Part shown: in pieces, positions 49,664 through 63,058 of the stretch
Position numbering within the stretch: the stretch's first letter is position 1
Layout of the letters: every line of letters begins with the position of its first letter
Assembly (NCBI RefSeq): GCF_902652985.1
Contig: NC_047016.1
Coordinates: 18,414,001 to 18,478,000 of the forward strand
DNA length: 64,000 nt
Reading direction: 5' to 3'
From: Pecten maximus
Lineage: Eukaryota
Made by a program: the position numbers and the translations under genes
Notes under the pieces: model-generated
The model's database searches: none
What the model saw: only the letters and a program-made list of their open reading frames with translations
What the model was told of the DNA's origin: nothing

Positions 49664-52600
49664 GAAAGCATAAAGTAGATTCAACACAAATCAGGTTATT
49701 TGAATCTATTGACAAAAGCGTTGTTTTAACTGATCTTATATAGCTTCATTTTTTCCTTTAGTAGTTTTAATTGTTCACAGTCACAGTCGTAATCGCGCAT
49801 TAATTTGATTTAGAAGCAATACGACGAGGTTTAAGATATTGGCATCGAGAAAGTAAATGTTTCTATGGAAATGGTTATGATTACATAGACTATTCAAAAT
49901 TCTAAATGAAAGTCGTTCTTAAGTAGGAGAAACAATTTCTAAAATGGAAATGAACAATTATGAAATAGAAAGTTTGACGCTAATCACATAGCTTAGTTGT
50001 AAGCTGTTACTTCTGGATACGTTAATAGTCAAGGAATATTGCTGACGTTGAAGAGTCCGTAGTATCTATGATTTCAGGTTCTTTATGATATTTCTGATCT
50101 ACATGTTCAATGTTTTAAGTATAAAAATATATTGTACCTTCGATATATCTAAAAGGAAAAACGGGTCTGAAAGTAGTCCTTGTAAGACTGCAAAACCAAA
50201 TATGTAAATGTATCTGTGTCAATATGCGTCGTCACTTTATGTATCTGATTTCTTATTAATTGGATTAATGTTCATTGATGGATGAATTTTATTTTACAGA
50301 ACGCTGCTGTTTGATCTTCAGTATCGACATAACACAGAACAGAGAAGAGGTCATGAAGGCATACAATGACGTTCATGGTGAGAATCTGAATATGTGTACA
50401 TAACAAACATATTTCTGCTCGATTATTTAATTCTGATAAAATAAATGAGATAATAATAATATCTGATTGTTGAAATTGTTAGGTCTTCTATTTTATTGCT
50501 TCAGTCTCTAACAGCTCATTCGACAAATTGAACATCTGAATAAAATTTAACAAAATATCATATTCCCTAGAATGCAAAGCTTAGAGAGCTACATCCGTGA
50601 CAATAGAGTAATTATGATCGATATTCTATACATATACCAATTAAAATAAAAGTTATATAACTTAAGGTTATTCCAACCTTTAAACGATTTAGCTTCTCTA
50701 CAAAAATGTATTTATTTTTCGTAATCAACCCTGTCAAACCGGCCGTCACGTTTTCTCAACAAGCAACAATCTAAACAAACATTTCGAAGACCTTCACAAT
50801 TACTGATTATTCAAGGTAACGACCATGTCGTTGATTGAAATGCCCACATACGTAATTTACCTGTAGTTTTAATTGTCATATCAAGGTAGTAACGACTATT
50901 CACCAATCCGAAAGGATAAACGTCACATATAATTAATACTTTTCAAATATATTCTTTGAAAAGAAAGCACACGCGTGCCTTTCAAGCACCAAGTTGGTAC
51001 AGACCTGAGCATGCCTAGATGTTGATACTGATGATGACCCAGAATATTTAAACAGTTTTTAAGGTTACATGTTCATATTGAGGCAGTGATAGAAGCTGAG
51101 CTGACTTATTTTGGTGACTAAAGAATCGACTGGGTCAGCGACTAATAAGATGGTAAATCCTTGTAGAATTCCGATTCAAATTCCGACATAGCCGAGATGT
51201 GTTCTTGCAGCAGTTGAAATTTGTTATTCTCGTTTTTAGTAAATTACGATATAAGTATTAACGATTTGTTTAGGACTTAATAACGGCGACAGAAAAAAAT
51301 ATCATACCTGAAAAAAATTGCTTCTAAGAAAGCAATGACGGACATTTTTGGACAATAGTTTTTATTTTCATTTTTAATGCACTTGAAATAAAACTTCCAT
51401 ATCATGAAACGGTCGACTTTTCCCCTGTTGAAGTAAGCAATTGAATAGCTAAGGTGTACAGTTTCTTTGTTTTACATCTAAGTCAAAATCCATTTCACAG
51501 ATGTTGATTATTACCAATCTCTATAAACCGGATACCAGCGTAAACCGGCCAAATATTCTGATTTCGGTGACATCCGGTTACGATAGGTTATACAGTATTT
51601 CTATACAGTCAGTACCAATTCTTAGCATTTCGAAGATAAGAAGTGTGTACGCCGTGGGTGATTTTTTATCTTTGACATTTTTCATGGTCACGTGCGAACT
51701 ATTGAACACTAGCTATGACTTTCCGGTATTTAGTCCTACCCTTTCAAGCGCCCAAGTCACTCAGATGTCAATACTGTCAGACGACAGTCATGGTGACTTC
51801 TAGGCCTACATGGAAGTCGAGAATAAGTTGAGATATTGAATGTATTGTTTTCAGGCTTCAAATGCAAATGTAAACACCATACTTGTTTTGAATGTCCTCA
51901 TTATATTGGATACATACATTAACAGTAAATCACCTCAAAAATGTAATGCACCTAGTTGATGTAACAATATGTAAAGAAGAAGATCCGGACTAGATAACAA
52001 TATGTAAACATAATAGAAATACTGATTTAGCAAATATACGGGGTAGTTTTAATATTTGTATTAGTGATAGGACTCTTGTTATTGAAAGATGCATCAACAA
52101 TTGTAAAACATATACCCTCCACATATTTAATCACTTATACTCAACTGATCACCTCCAAAAGAATTCCATAACACATTACTTTAGTGAAAACTTAACATAT
52201 TGAGGGGTTAAGGAGGTATCGCATAACGTGTTTGCTGTCGTTCCAGAAAAAGAAAAAACAGAAAACTTGTATTAAAAAAGCAGTGACTATATATAAAATA
52301 TGAGGAGTATTAAAAAATGCAATGTAAATAGATAGCCTTTCAAAATGAAAGAATGGAAAAGTCGAGATGGCTAAACTGGAATGATTTTGCATATTTTTGG
52401 ATATTTTGAAAATAAAAACTGTTAGTTTAACATGTATATGAAAATGCAATAATGAATGTAATGTAATGAATGAAATGTGTCTTAAGAATTAAAAACAACA
52501 ATTGTAACACATTGTTTACAAAATCGTTGACCGAAAGAAAACACCACCGTGGAACATCTAAGACAAAATTTATTTATTTTTTTAAATGTATGTGTTTGAG

Positions 52601-55600
52601 TTAGCTATGGTCTAAATATAACCTGCACGTGATGTGAGTGTAGTTGAATAAAGACTTGATTTGTTTTATACAATATTAGCTACATTAATTGATATAATTA
52701 AAAATCATTTTTTAAGCATTTGTGATAATAATTTTAAAATGATAACTATGCAACAGTTAATAAATTTTCATCTCCCCAGCAACACAGTGTCAAATTCAAA
52801 TCCTATCCAAATAATCTATGATCTAGTGACCTTTCAGTTCTAGATTGATTGATTGATGGGGCTTAACGTCCTTGTTCCGGTTATAACCGAGCCTAGGACA
52901 CATTTATTTCAGTTCCAGATTCCCCGATGCTTTATTTTTAAATGGTCTAGTTTTGTAATGGCATAGTGTATTCCCACTAATTTCACTTGTTTAAACTGAC
53001 CAAATTAAAAATATCATGGTAATAACAATAGTTTTAGAAGTCATTAAAAGTGTACTTAACAGGAAGGAGGACATGACTCTAGACACTTATGAATCATAAT
53101 ATAAACAAATTCACATATATAATGATTGTTAACTTTATTTTGGAAAATAGCCAGGCAGATGTTTATGAACTCCATTTGGCGACTGATACGTGAGGAGAAT
53201 TGTACAATTAAGCCAGAGTATTTTGACTTAGAGGTTGACTTTATTAAAGAGGATTCTCCCGACAGAAATTAGTTCTGTACAGGTTCTACGTCAGAGCTAA
53301 GCAAGCAAACGCCTTTATATTGCGTAAGTAAGCTTATCTTATAGGTCACAGGGTGATGTTTAATGGTTCTGACACTATTACGATTATCAAATGTTCTTCT
53401 TTGATCATATGTGTTTCTATATTGTATAATGTGTGTGAAGTTCATTGAGTTCTTAACCTTAAACAAGCAAGCACTGTGACATGACATCTAAATAAATTAC
53501 AGAAGTCGAAAAAATAAAGAGGAGAAATGTTAGAGATATAAACAAAAATATACAATATCGCCTTTGGTAGCTGGAAAGGAAAATATACAATCCTTATTGG
53601 ATCTTGTACATTGTATTTCCTGTTGATGTTTATGATGTTATCAAAATCTAATACTTGATCGTTTGTAAGACAGCTCGAGGACTAAACAATCATAAGATTC
53701 TGTTAATTATTCACAGCTACCTTGGGTATCACTATGGACCTTACAGAAGGAGAACCCTTGTATCTACACGGAGGTCCCGGTATCAGCCACAAGTACAATC
53801 TCCAACAGGTACAGACGCTGGTACAGAGGGCGGGGCTTCATTTGGTGGACACGTGGGTCGATGGCGAGGAGCATGTGATGTTCTGTAAATGTGAAGTGAT
53901 ATAATACACAATACCATTCATGATGTCAATCTCATCATGGCGGATATATAATGTATAACAAAGAATCCGTCGGTCTAAACCTAATAATAAAGTGTGACTT
54001 TGGTGGTTTAATTGATTGTGTCGACTGCAAAGCATGGGGGACATTTAGGGATCACTTTGTCCATTGTTAAGTGTTGTCGTCGTCGCCGTCGTCTGTCACA
54101 TTTGAGTTATCCGGACTTTTTACATTATCATTTTTCACATCAATTTGTAACTTGGTATGTGGCTTTATCATTATAAATTAAAATTCAAGTTTGAACCCTG
54201 TGTCAATATTCTATTTTTATCTGGAGTTATAGCCCTTTGTATATTGGACATTCTTGTTATTAAATAAGTAGTCCATGTTTCTATTGTTACATACAATAGA
54301 CATGCGATGTCAATATCATTTAAAAGAAGACGACCTTGTAAACACCACATACTTGATCAGTTTGGCACGATCTTGGGATGATTATTTTTTTTGTACCTTT
54401 ATTTAGTTGTTTATAATTTCAAAATAAGTAAGACTGTGAATAGAAAATACGCGAAAATGGACATATAATGTAAATGCGAGTGAGTTGCAACTACAGTAGA
54501 TAACATGCTTACGAGATTAACGGAATGTATTCAAGATGTTTGAGTGATTTCAGGATCTATATTATTTATGCAACTATCTACCAGATTGGCTTAATTTCTC
54601 CATTAAATACAGAATAAATCTACATAGATTGCATGAAATGTATTATATATGAATCGATTGCGTGTAATGAATAATGTATTTGTGAAAGGTTGTAATGGTG
54701 TGTTGAGAAATTATGGTAATTCTTATCTATCATATGAAATGAGTCACCTCTTTCTATAGTCACCAAAACGTGATTGATATTAAGACACTCTGCGCCTTTC
54801 TAGAACGAATGATAACAGGGATACATGCATTTTTAAGTCTGAAATGTCGGATGAAATTTTATATACATCTAAACAAAATACATCCGGATGGTCATATTCC
54901 CAAGGTCACTACACTTGTAGTTTAAACCTTCATACTTATCTAGGTCAACGGCTTGTGCTAGGTATACCTTAAGTAATAAAGGTGGGTTCAACATTTGGCC
55001 CCCGCTTCGACTTCTTTAATTTTTGCCATACATTTGTATGAAGATACATGAAAATAAACGATAACAATATAAATGAGTTGTCATGTCACCATTGATAGTC
55101 ATACTGGACCTGAGTGACGGTGGTGCCCTAACAAAATGATTCTTTAAAACCACAAGCGGACGTCTGTGATGGTACCTATATTTATTGTACTCGCGTCTCT
55201 TTTGCGTTTTGAGCGAGGCTCGACTTTTTGAATGAATACAGTCGTGCTCCAAAATGATGTTACTAGATTTCTATGCTGGTTTAAATGAATAAATGCTGAA
55301 ATATCTTTGAGGAACAAAACTGCAATCATATTTGATTTGCATGTTGATCACATGGATTCCGCTGTTTTCGCGAAAACATCGTCCGTTTTCATACATGTGC
55401 ATTTGAACAACCTCCCCTGATTTCATATATAAAACAATTTCACAATTTAATTCAAACCGATGTTATTATTAAAACACTATTGCATCTTTATTGAAATTTC
55501 TAACTTTAGAAATACAAAACTTAGAATTCAAGAACGTGAGAATAGTGGAGGCAGATAACGGAGTATATAGCCTACCACATCCTTTCAGTTTGAGTTACGT

Positions 55601-55734
55601 TATCAGATATTACAGGTTAGTTATTTGAAAAGTAAAACTATCGATTTTCCAAATTATCATTCCTCAAAGTTGATTGGCTGAGACACATTTGACAACTATA
55701 CTGTTCTGTATACATACATTAACATAATATATTT

Positions 55735-55944
55735 ATGAAATTTTTCACGTGAATTCACCTGAAAAAAGGGTTTTTTTCATGTGAATTTCATGTGAAACAA
55801 TTTTCACGTGAAATTCACATGAAATTCATATGAAAAATATCATGTGAATTTCACGTGAACAAAATCACGTGAATTTCACATGAAAAAAAATCACGTGTGA
55901 AAAACTTTCACGTGAATTTCACGTGAAAGAATATTGCCTGTGTA
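55735..55944. repeat. TTCACGTGAA/TTCACATGAA palindromic motif cluster (probable MITE terminus)
   Basis: More than a dozen ttcacgtgaa-like units within 200 bp, ending in aatattgcctgtgta. Confidence 0.7.
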
Positions 55945-56564
55945 TGGGCCAAATTTAATCAGAATTCCTTCCATAGTGGAAACAGAGGGAAAACCTACCC
56001 AACTTCGTGTCGGCACTGCAGTGTATGTATTTAACTATTCAATTCCATTATGTGGATAGAAAACTTACATACATCGAAACATCAGTATTTTTTTCGAAAT
56101 ACCTGACCGTATGAGCATACAGGTCAATATACAGAAACAAGTCAATCCACTGAAATCTAATCCAGCTCCCAGTTTCCTAAACAAGATGCACATAATGTCA
56201 AACTTCTTCTTTCCATGGTACATAGTATGCAAGGATAGTTCTCCTGATCATTGAGGCTATACGTTTAATCAACTTATAGCAGTATATTCATCATTGTATG
56301 AGTAAAATGTGTAGTTATTATTCGTTAGAACAACGCTATAACGCGTTCGATTTGCGAAATATTGAATTGTTTTGTTATCGAAATTATGAAAAATATCGGT
56401 ATAGCGAACTATTGCTTTAGATATTGACCGAAGTTCGAGTTTCGCAGAAGTTGTTGAAAGTATATATATATCGAGAAAAAAGTTAGTGTCCATGTAGAGT
56501 GGGATACATAAAACAATCTAGCGCTTTCACAGCTCTTGCTGCTCTTCAGGCACATACATAAAAC

Positions 56565-56603
56565 TTTCCTGAAGAGCAGTTAGAGCTGTGAAAGCGCTAG
56601 AAA
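56565..56603 (+). ncRNA. Minimal type I hammerhead ribozyme motif (Penelope-like element type)
   Basis: tttc-CTGAAGA-gcag ttagag ctgt-GAAA-gcgc-TA-gaaa: stem I tttc/gaaa, core CUGANGA, stem II with one G-U pair, GAAA, palindromic GCGC stem III, UH site. Inverted copy at 56518-56550. Confidence 0.65.
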
Positions 56604-59600
56604 ATGTATCGTTACGTTTTGTTTGCTTTTAAATATAAAGATATTCAAGGCAAACGCTTACAAATTAAGTGCCGATACTAGTTGGAAGTCGATGAACTTG
56701 AGAGCGTCGAGTGACTTTCTAGGTCACACACTGACCGCTTCTCACCCTTCATTTATTCGTAAACAGCCCTGGGATAGTAAATATACGCTTTGAAATTCAC
56801 ACAAGACGCTGAAAAATAAGCCAACCAAAAATTTAATATAGAAATGACCATAAAGCAGATATCAGTACCCCCGAGTAAGTCACGCCTTAGTAACCGCCAC
56901 AGGTGTATGAGTATATAACACCCGTACTTATTTATCAAGGTCTCGATCTCCACGGCGTGTGCTTCACATAAATCTCGAGCTGTGTCACTCAGCTGAATTA
57001 AGCTTCTTCATGCTAGATCACATTACTCGTATCTGGGCAACGACATTTGTATTGAATCTGGATCAGTGATTGGAAGATATTGTGCAAATTAAATTCCAAA
57101 TAACCCGGGAGTAACAGGCTGGTATATGTACTGTTAATTTCGATTATTATATCATTTTTTCCGATAAAGTAAATTAAGAAATGACCGATGGTATTGTTAA
57201 TTGTACACAGAAGATACATGCCCATTCGTGTGTTAGTATCATCAATATTTTACATGTTTCGGGATGCATAAAACTTACTGAAGGGATATATGAATAACAA
57301 TAATAAAACATCAATATGCTTCAGAGTTATTAAGATTTTACTCAAATTATTTCCATCAATTATATTTAAAGAAATATTATCAACTTCCCGCAAAACATTC
57401 AGAAAAAGATCCGGAAGAAATAACATATTACATCGTTTCAGCATAAGCAATACACACACAATTTGTTTATGCATAAATTTTGCTTGATGATTTTGATTTT
57501 GGTTGTCGTGTTTTACCTTATTTATTTGTTGCGGCGTTTTCAAAAAAGACATGACTGGGATTCGCAGAACGTCCAAAAAAAATAGGAAAATGAGTAGTTT
57601 ATGAGGCATTTCCAACGACACCAGGAGTATTTGTCTTCGAGGCATTCTCTTTAATATATAAAGTAGTTGGTTTACAAACGGTATATAAAAGTATAGGCAA
57701 ATGTAACCAGGGAAATAAATATCTTACATGGTTGTGTATTCGCATACATAATGTTCTTCATATATCATCTATAAAACACTTATTGCCTTTTGGCGGGAGT
57801 AACAGCTTTCATTCTACATTTGTAAATGTCTGTTACCAGTTAATGATAATAAGATAATTATGTCAGAATCACGAAGAAAGCATACCGAATCGGAATTTTC
57901 ACAGCCTTATCAAAGGTGTTTTTTTCGATAAACGCAAATCGCGAAAAATAATTATTCCATTAATTAGATATGGACGTCGAAGAAAAACATTGTTATAACA
58001 GGACTTTTTCCAAAAATGGTAAAAAATAAATCATAAAAACATAATTTGACTGAACCACAAAGGTTTAGAAAGGGTTATTATTGATAAAATGTAACGTCGT
58101 AATGTTAGTTTAAACTGTATATGTCAATCTAAACAAAAATATATTGTTTTCAGTTAAGAACCCAAATGAATGAAAACGCTATAACATATTTATTCAATTT
58201 CACTTCTTGGCCTGACCTGGTCCAGACGATTCATCACACTAACTCGTCAATCGACATCCATATAAAGAGAGGTTTGCAGCCGCAATGATAGCCAGTCCAA
58301 ACCCTTGCATGATCAAAGTGACAAATCGTCTATAGGGTTATATTAACATCTTGATCGCAATGTATACATGGATACAACTTTAAGTAATATTACAAGTTAA
58401 ACACAATACAATTACGATAGGAATTTCAGATGTAACTGGATGAAATGTAAACAAAATTAAAAGTTGCACCAACTCCGAAAAAATTAACAAAATTTGAATG
58501 AATGTATTTATTTAAAAATAACAATCAATTAGCATGCATTTTTGTCTTTTTACAGTAACTCTCACTCAGCATACGCACGCAGTGTAAACGAATTAGCTCG
58601 TTATTCTCTGTCAAACTTGGGCTGAACTACTTTTTTCGCGCGAAACCTCTGTGATATAAAAAAAAATATTAAAATAAATTAAAAATACTAGAACAAACCA
58701 TCAATGGTTTAAGTAGAATTTAACCCATGTATTTACGTTGTTTTTTATAACTATATAAATCCTTAAATGTCATTTCGAATCATTTTGAAAATATCGTGAA
58801 ATTACTCTAACTGTTCAAAGGGCGATAATCCCAGCAAGCAAACAGAAAAACCGGAAGCTAGGGGGAGCATCACGAAAATTGCTTATTTATCAGTGTTAAC
58901 ATACAACAAAATTACCTTTAGGAATAGAAAGATGTTCCCAAAACATCATTTTTCCTCAAAATAAGGGGGAACTTCTGAATAGATAGATGAATCGTTACCT
59001 CCGTTTTTATCTTAAAAAAGACCACATACATCATTGATAGACTTTATATATTATGATTACTAGATTGACACAATAGCCTATTTCTAAGGTTATTTGGGAT
59101 TTTTCAATGTTTTAATGAAAAGAAACTAACGCATGGTTACATGTATGAATACAGTACTATATGAATAGTGATAATTATATAAAATATGCTGAAGACTAAC
59201 CTGCCATCGCAGATCTCAGCAGCTGTATTTTTGGTCATCTGGTTTGTGAATCTGGATACAAACAAAACAATAATATGAACTTTTGATCTATCCTTACCCT
59301 AAAAAGGGGGAATTTTAAACTTTAAATGAAACTGATTTTAATTCCGTGGTATTCACATATCAATTGACATGACAAGTCGAACAACAATTAATTTGTGCGA
59401 ACATGTGTTGGTATTGTGATGAACAAAAGACCAAAGGACAATAACAATCAGGTGTCAGCACTATATCATAACCAGTATGGCCGCAATGACGTTAAACATC
59501 AAATGGTTATAACGTTAAAAAAACATTGTTTTACATCTTTCATGCAATTGTATCATTATATCATTGTAGACAATCTTCTGTGTTAACTTTTTTTTTATAG

Positions 59601-59861
59601 CATGTTATTTTAGAAGAACCATTAGCTGGGTATCGGCAGGTTAAGTAAAATATGTGCCATGCATAAAATATCTCATCTCGCTCTATAGTAATGTACTATC
59701 AACTACACTGTACTTATCTTTTTAATTGACAGTATTCTGAACTGCCATTATATATTATAGGTTTCTGTGTAGAGTTTGATGCAATGAGTTTTTCAATGCA
59801 GGGTAAAACATTAAAGAAGCTCGCTGATATTCAAACCATAGAAAAGCAACCTACTGGCGAT

Positions 59862-60612
59862 CAACCATGCATCACCGATATGGTCGACCTCAACCATACA
59901 TCACCGATCTGGTCGACCTCAACCATACATCACCTATATGGTCGAGATCAACCATACATCACCGATATGGTCGACCTCAACCATACATCACCGATCTGGT
60001 CGACCTCAACCATACATCACCGATATGGTCGACCTCAACCATACATCACCGATCTGGTCGACCTCAACCATACATCACCGATATGGTCGAGATCAACCAT
60101 ACATCACCGATCTGGTCGACCTCAACCATACCTAACCGATCTGGTCGACCTCAACCATACATCACCGATCTGGTCGACCTCAACCATACATCACCGATAT
60201 GGTCGAGATCAACCATACATCACCGATATGGTCGACCTCAACCATACCTCACCGATCTGGTCGACCTCAGCCATACATCACCGATATGGTCGACCTCAAC
60301 CATACCTCACCGATCTGGTCGACCTCAGCCATACATCACCGATCTGGTCGACCTCAACCATACATCAACGATCTGGTCGACCTCAACCATACATCAACGA
60401 TCTGGTCGACCTCAACCATACATCACCGATATGGTCGACCTCAACCATACCTCACCGATATGGTCGACCTCAACCATACATCACCGATATGGTCGACTTC
60501 AACCATACATCACCGATCTGGTCGACCTCAACCATACATCACCGATATGGTCGACTTCAACCATACATCAACGATCTGGTCGAGATTAACCATGCATTAC
60601 TGATCTGGTCGA
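59862..60612. repeat. 29-bp CpG-rich minisatellite, about 25 copies, upstream of the innexin
   Basis: Unit caaccatacatcaccgat(c/a)tggtcgacct. Confidence 0.95.
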
Positions 60613-61151
60613 AAATAATTAGATACAGTTAACTTGTGTGGTCGCTATTTAGGGCGAGAATGATTCAATTATATCTAGTTTCAACGCAATTTGCTGTTTG
60701 CTGAACTCAACTAAAATCTGAGTATAATGACTCCATTATACCGTACGGATAAATGTCACATAGGGATGTTAGTGTACATCATTTGGCGTTTTCATCTGGT
60801 GTTAGTAGCAGGAGCAAGTTCTGGATACCGAGGTAACTGTTTTCGTGTACAGATATTACAACTTTTATTACATCTTATATTTCTGATGCCGATGGAAACT
60901 TTCATTTCATTTTTACAAAACTAATCCATTCCGTTTATTTCAACACAGACAGCTGTGGCGTTTTCGTGGTAATTGTTGTTAGCTATTGTAGGTCTGTAAT
61001 ATACAGAAGCAGGGTAAAAGTACATTTCGTGTTAAGGTGTATGTATCTCTAAGCCGTGAGTGGTTTTACCCGTAATTTTCACATCAGACGATGGCTATAA
61101 CAGAATGTGAATTTAATAAGACATACACTTCTCTTACAGATTAACAACGCC

Positions 61152-62777
61152 ATGGATTTGATGTCATTTAGGCGCCATTTGTCGAGGTCCAATATCCGTT
61201 TGAATGACCTCTGCGGAAAGCTCAACAGCACGTGGACTCTGGGTATCCTCGTCCTGTTTTCTCTGCTGACATTTTACCTTCATACGGCTTACGATCCAGT
61301 CACCTGTTGGACTCCCGCTGAGTTTACGTCACAGATGATACGGTACACCAATAAGATATGTTGGGAAAGTTCCACGTACTATCCGATAAATGGCGATCCT
61401 GAACCAATGGAGAGGCCTATGACTTCAGAGATGAAGAAACCGCCATACCGGTGGATACCACTCGTCCTCCTTGTACAAGCACTGCTGTTCAAACTCCCTG
61501 ACCTTATTCTATCGGTAGGACAGGGTGTAGTCGGCTTCAGATTTACAAAGATATCAGGACTAACTGACGGGTACGAATCCCTTAATATGGCCGACCGAGC
61601 CCAAATGGGAAGAGAAGTTGGAAGGTACATGAAGAGCTGGATAGACTCCACTGTATGGAAGGGTTGTTCATGGGGATGGCTAACACTGCTCTTTCTGTTT
61701 ACAAAGCTTCTCTACTTCATCAACGCTGTCACACAGTTATCTGCCATGAACATTGCTTTGAAGTCAGAAAACCAATCTTCATTTGGAACCCAATTGGCTG
61801 GTGATATTTTGAGCTACCATAAATCGTCGTGGCGTAGCAGCAACCTTAAGCTTCCAGAAGTTTTTACTTGCGACTTTTCCATTATGAAATTACAAACCCT
61901 GCACAGGTACTCTACACAGTGTTTGATCAATAACGTCACTTATTACGAGATGATGTTTGGCTTCATATGGCTGTGGCTGGTAATCGTAATCGTCACCACG
62001 ACCATCAGTAGCGTCGTGCAATTTCTTCAGGTATTAGTACCAGTCTTCAGGAGAAGGTAAGAATGGAACTTTATTTCTTTCTCTTTCGTTTTGGCATGTA
62101 TTTGTTGTATTAGAATATATGCCATGTAGTCCTAGTCCTATCTTAAACGGACGTCAAAATGTTCATAAAATAGCCAAACAAAAGGAAAACGCATGCTATC
62201 TTTATAATGCGATTCGCGACTCCACGAAGCATGTTCAGAAAAGGAAGCAGTTGGATAGAATGTACAATATGGAGACATTAGATGAGTAAGTAAATGTACG
62301 GTTTAAATCCCCGAGGTCTTTATAACGTCGTTCGGTAGATTCGTCATGCCTGTACATTCCACCTCGTCCACAAGAGGATTATTTCCTTCGGCTAAATAAT
62401 TGTTGTTGTTTTTTTTCATATACTTTTTAGTTTTGGTTTATTTAATCAGATTCGTCAAGAGATACTTACACATGTCTGATGAGATGGTCCATTCCCCTTC
62501 CGACAACGACATTGCCCGGTTTGCAGGGACAGAAATAACGGAGGACGGGGTATTCATATTGAAAGCGATAGGCGAGATATCATCAGAACACCTGGTCAGA
62601 GATATACTAATATATCTGTGGGGCATCACACACGCTCAGCGATTCGCAGCGCCGAGAAGTCAATATATTGCGGCTCCCTCAACAGCTCACCATGATCGCG
62701 CGCCAGAATCTCACCAATTGGAGCAGATTTCCGATCATGCTACGTGTGTGGGCGCTTATACTCCTATAAAGGAATGA
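61152..62777 (+). CDS. Innexin (invertebrate gap junction/hemichannel protein), divergent, 2 coding exons, about 410 aa
   Basis: Exons 61152-62056 and 62450-62777 (phase 2, RR|FVKRYL). Four hydrophobic segments, NDLCGKLNSTWT, extracellular cysteines CWTPAEF/YTNKICW and TCDF/QCL, YRWIP at TM2, LFKLP, C-terminal DGVFIL. Acceptor at 61139 just before ATG 61152. Confidence 0.88.
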
Positions 62778-62914
62778 GATGTGTTTCGTTACATCAAAAA
62801 TACTTTACATTTTCTTTCTTGTTGATACCTTACACCAATAAGATATCTACCGAAGTATATTTGTACATGTGATCCTAAGTCTCTTTTTATGTTTAATGAC
62901 GTAGTAACCATCAA

Positions 62915-63058
62915 TATATTTAACTCATAATAAATATTTAACTCAAAATAAAATATTTAACTCATAATAAAATATTTAACTCATGATGAAATATTTAACT
63001 CATAATAAAATATTTAACTCACAATAATATTATCTCATAATAAAATATTTAACTCATA
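62915..63058. repeat. 20-bp AT-rich tandem repeat in the innexin 3' region
   Basis: Unit aaatatttaactcataataa, about 7 copies. Confidence 0.85.

Larger units (their letters stand above)
39900..53904 (+). pseudogene. EgtD-like methyltransferase, copy 2 (tandem paralogue; frameshifted as assembled, either pseudogene or indel errors)
   Basis: Exons 39899-40070, 43881-44019, 46526-46628, 48669-48773, 50300-50377, 53151-53323, 53717-53904 match copy 1 exon for exon. Exon 4 is 105 nt vs 104 and exon 6 is 173 nt vs 171 because of +1 insertions near 48762, 53265 and 53289; the first shift gives TGA at 50367-50369. Confidence 0.75.

Noticed and set aside
681-53904. Complete ergothioneine gene cluster
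   Set aside because: No EgtB/OvoA sulfoxide synthase, EgtC or C-S lyase sequence is visible in the window.
59784-60632. Overlapping 282/240/134-aa ORFs
   Set aside because: Artefacts of a stop-free 29-bp repeat read in all three frames; no domain or splice support.
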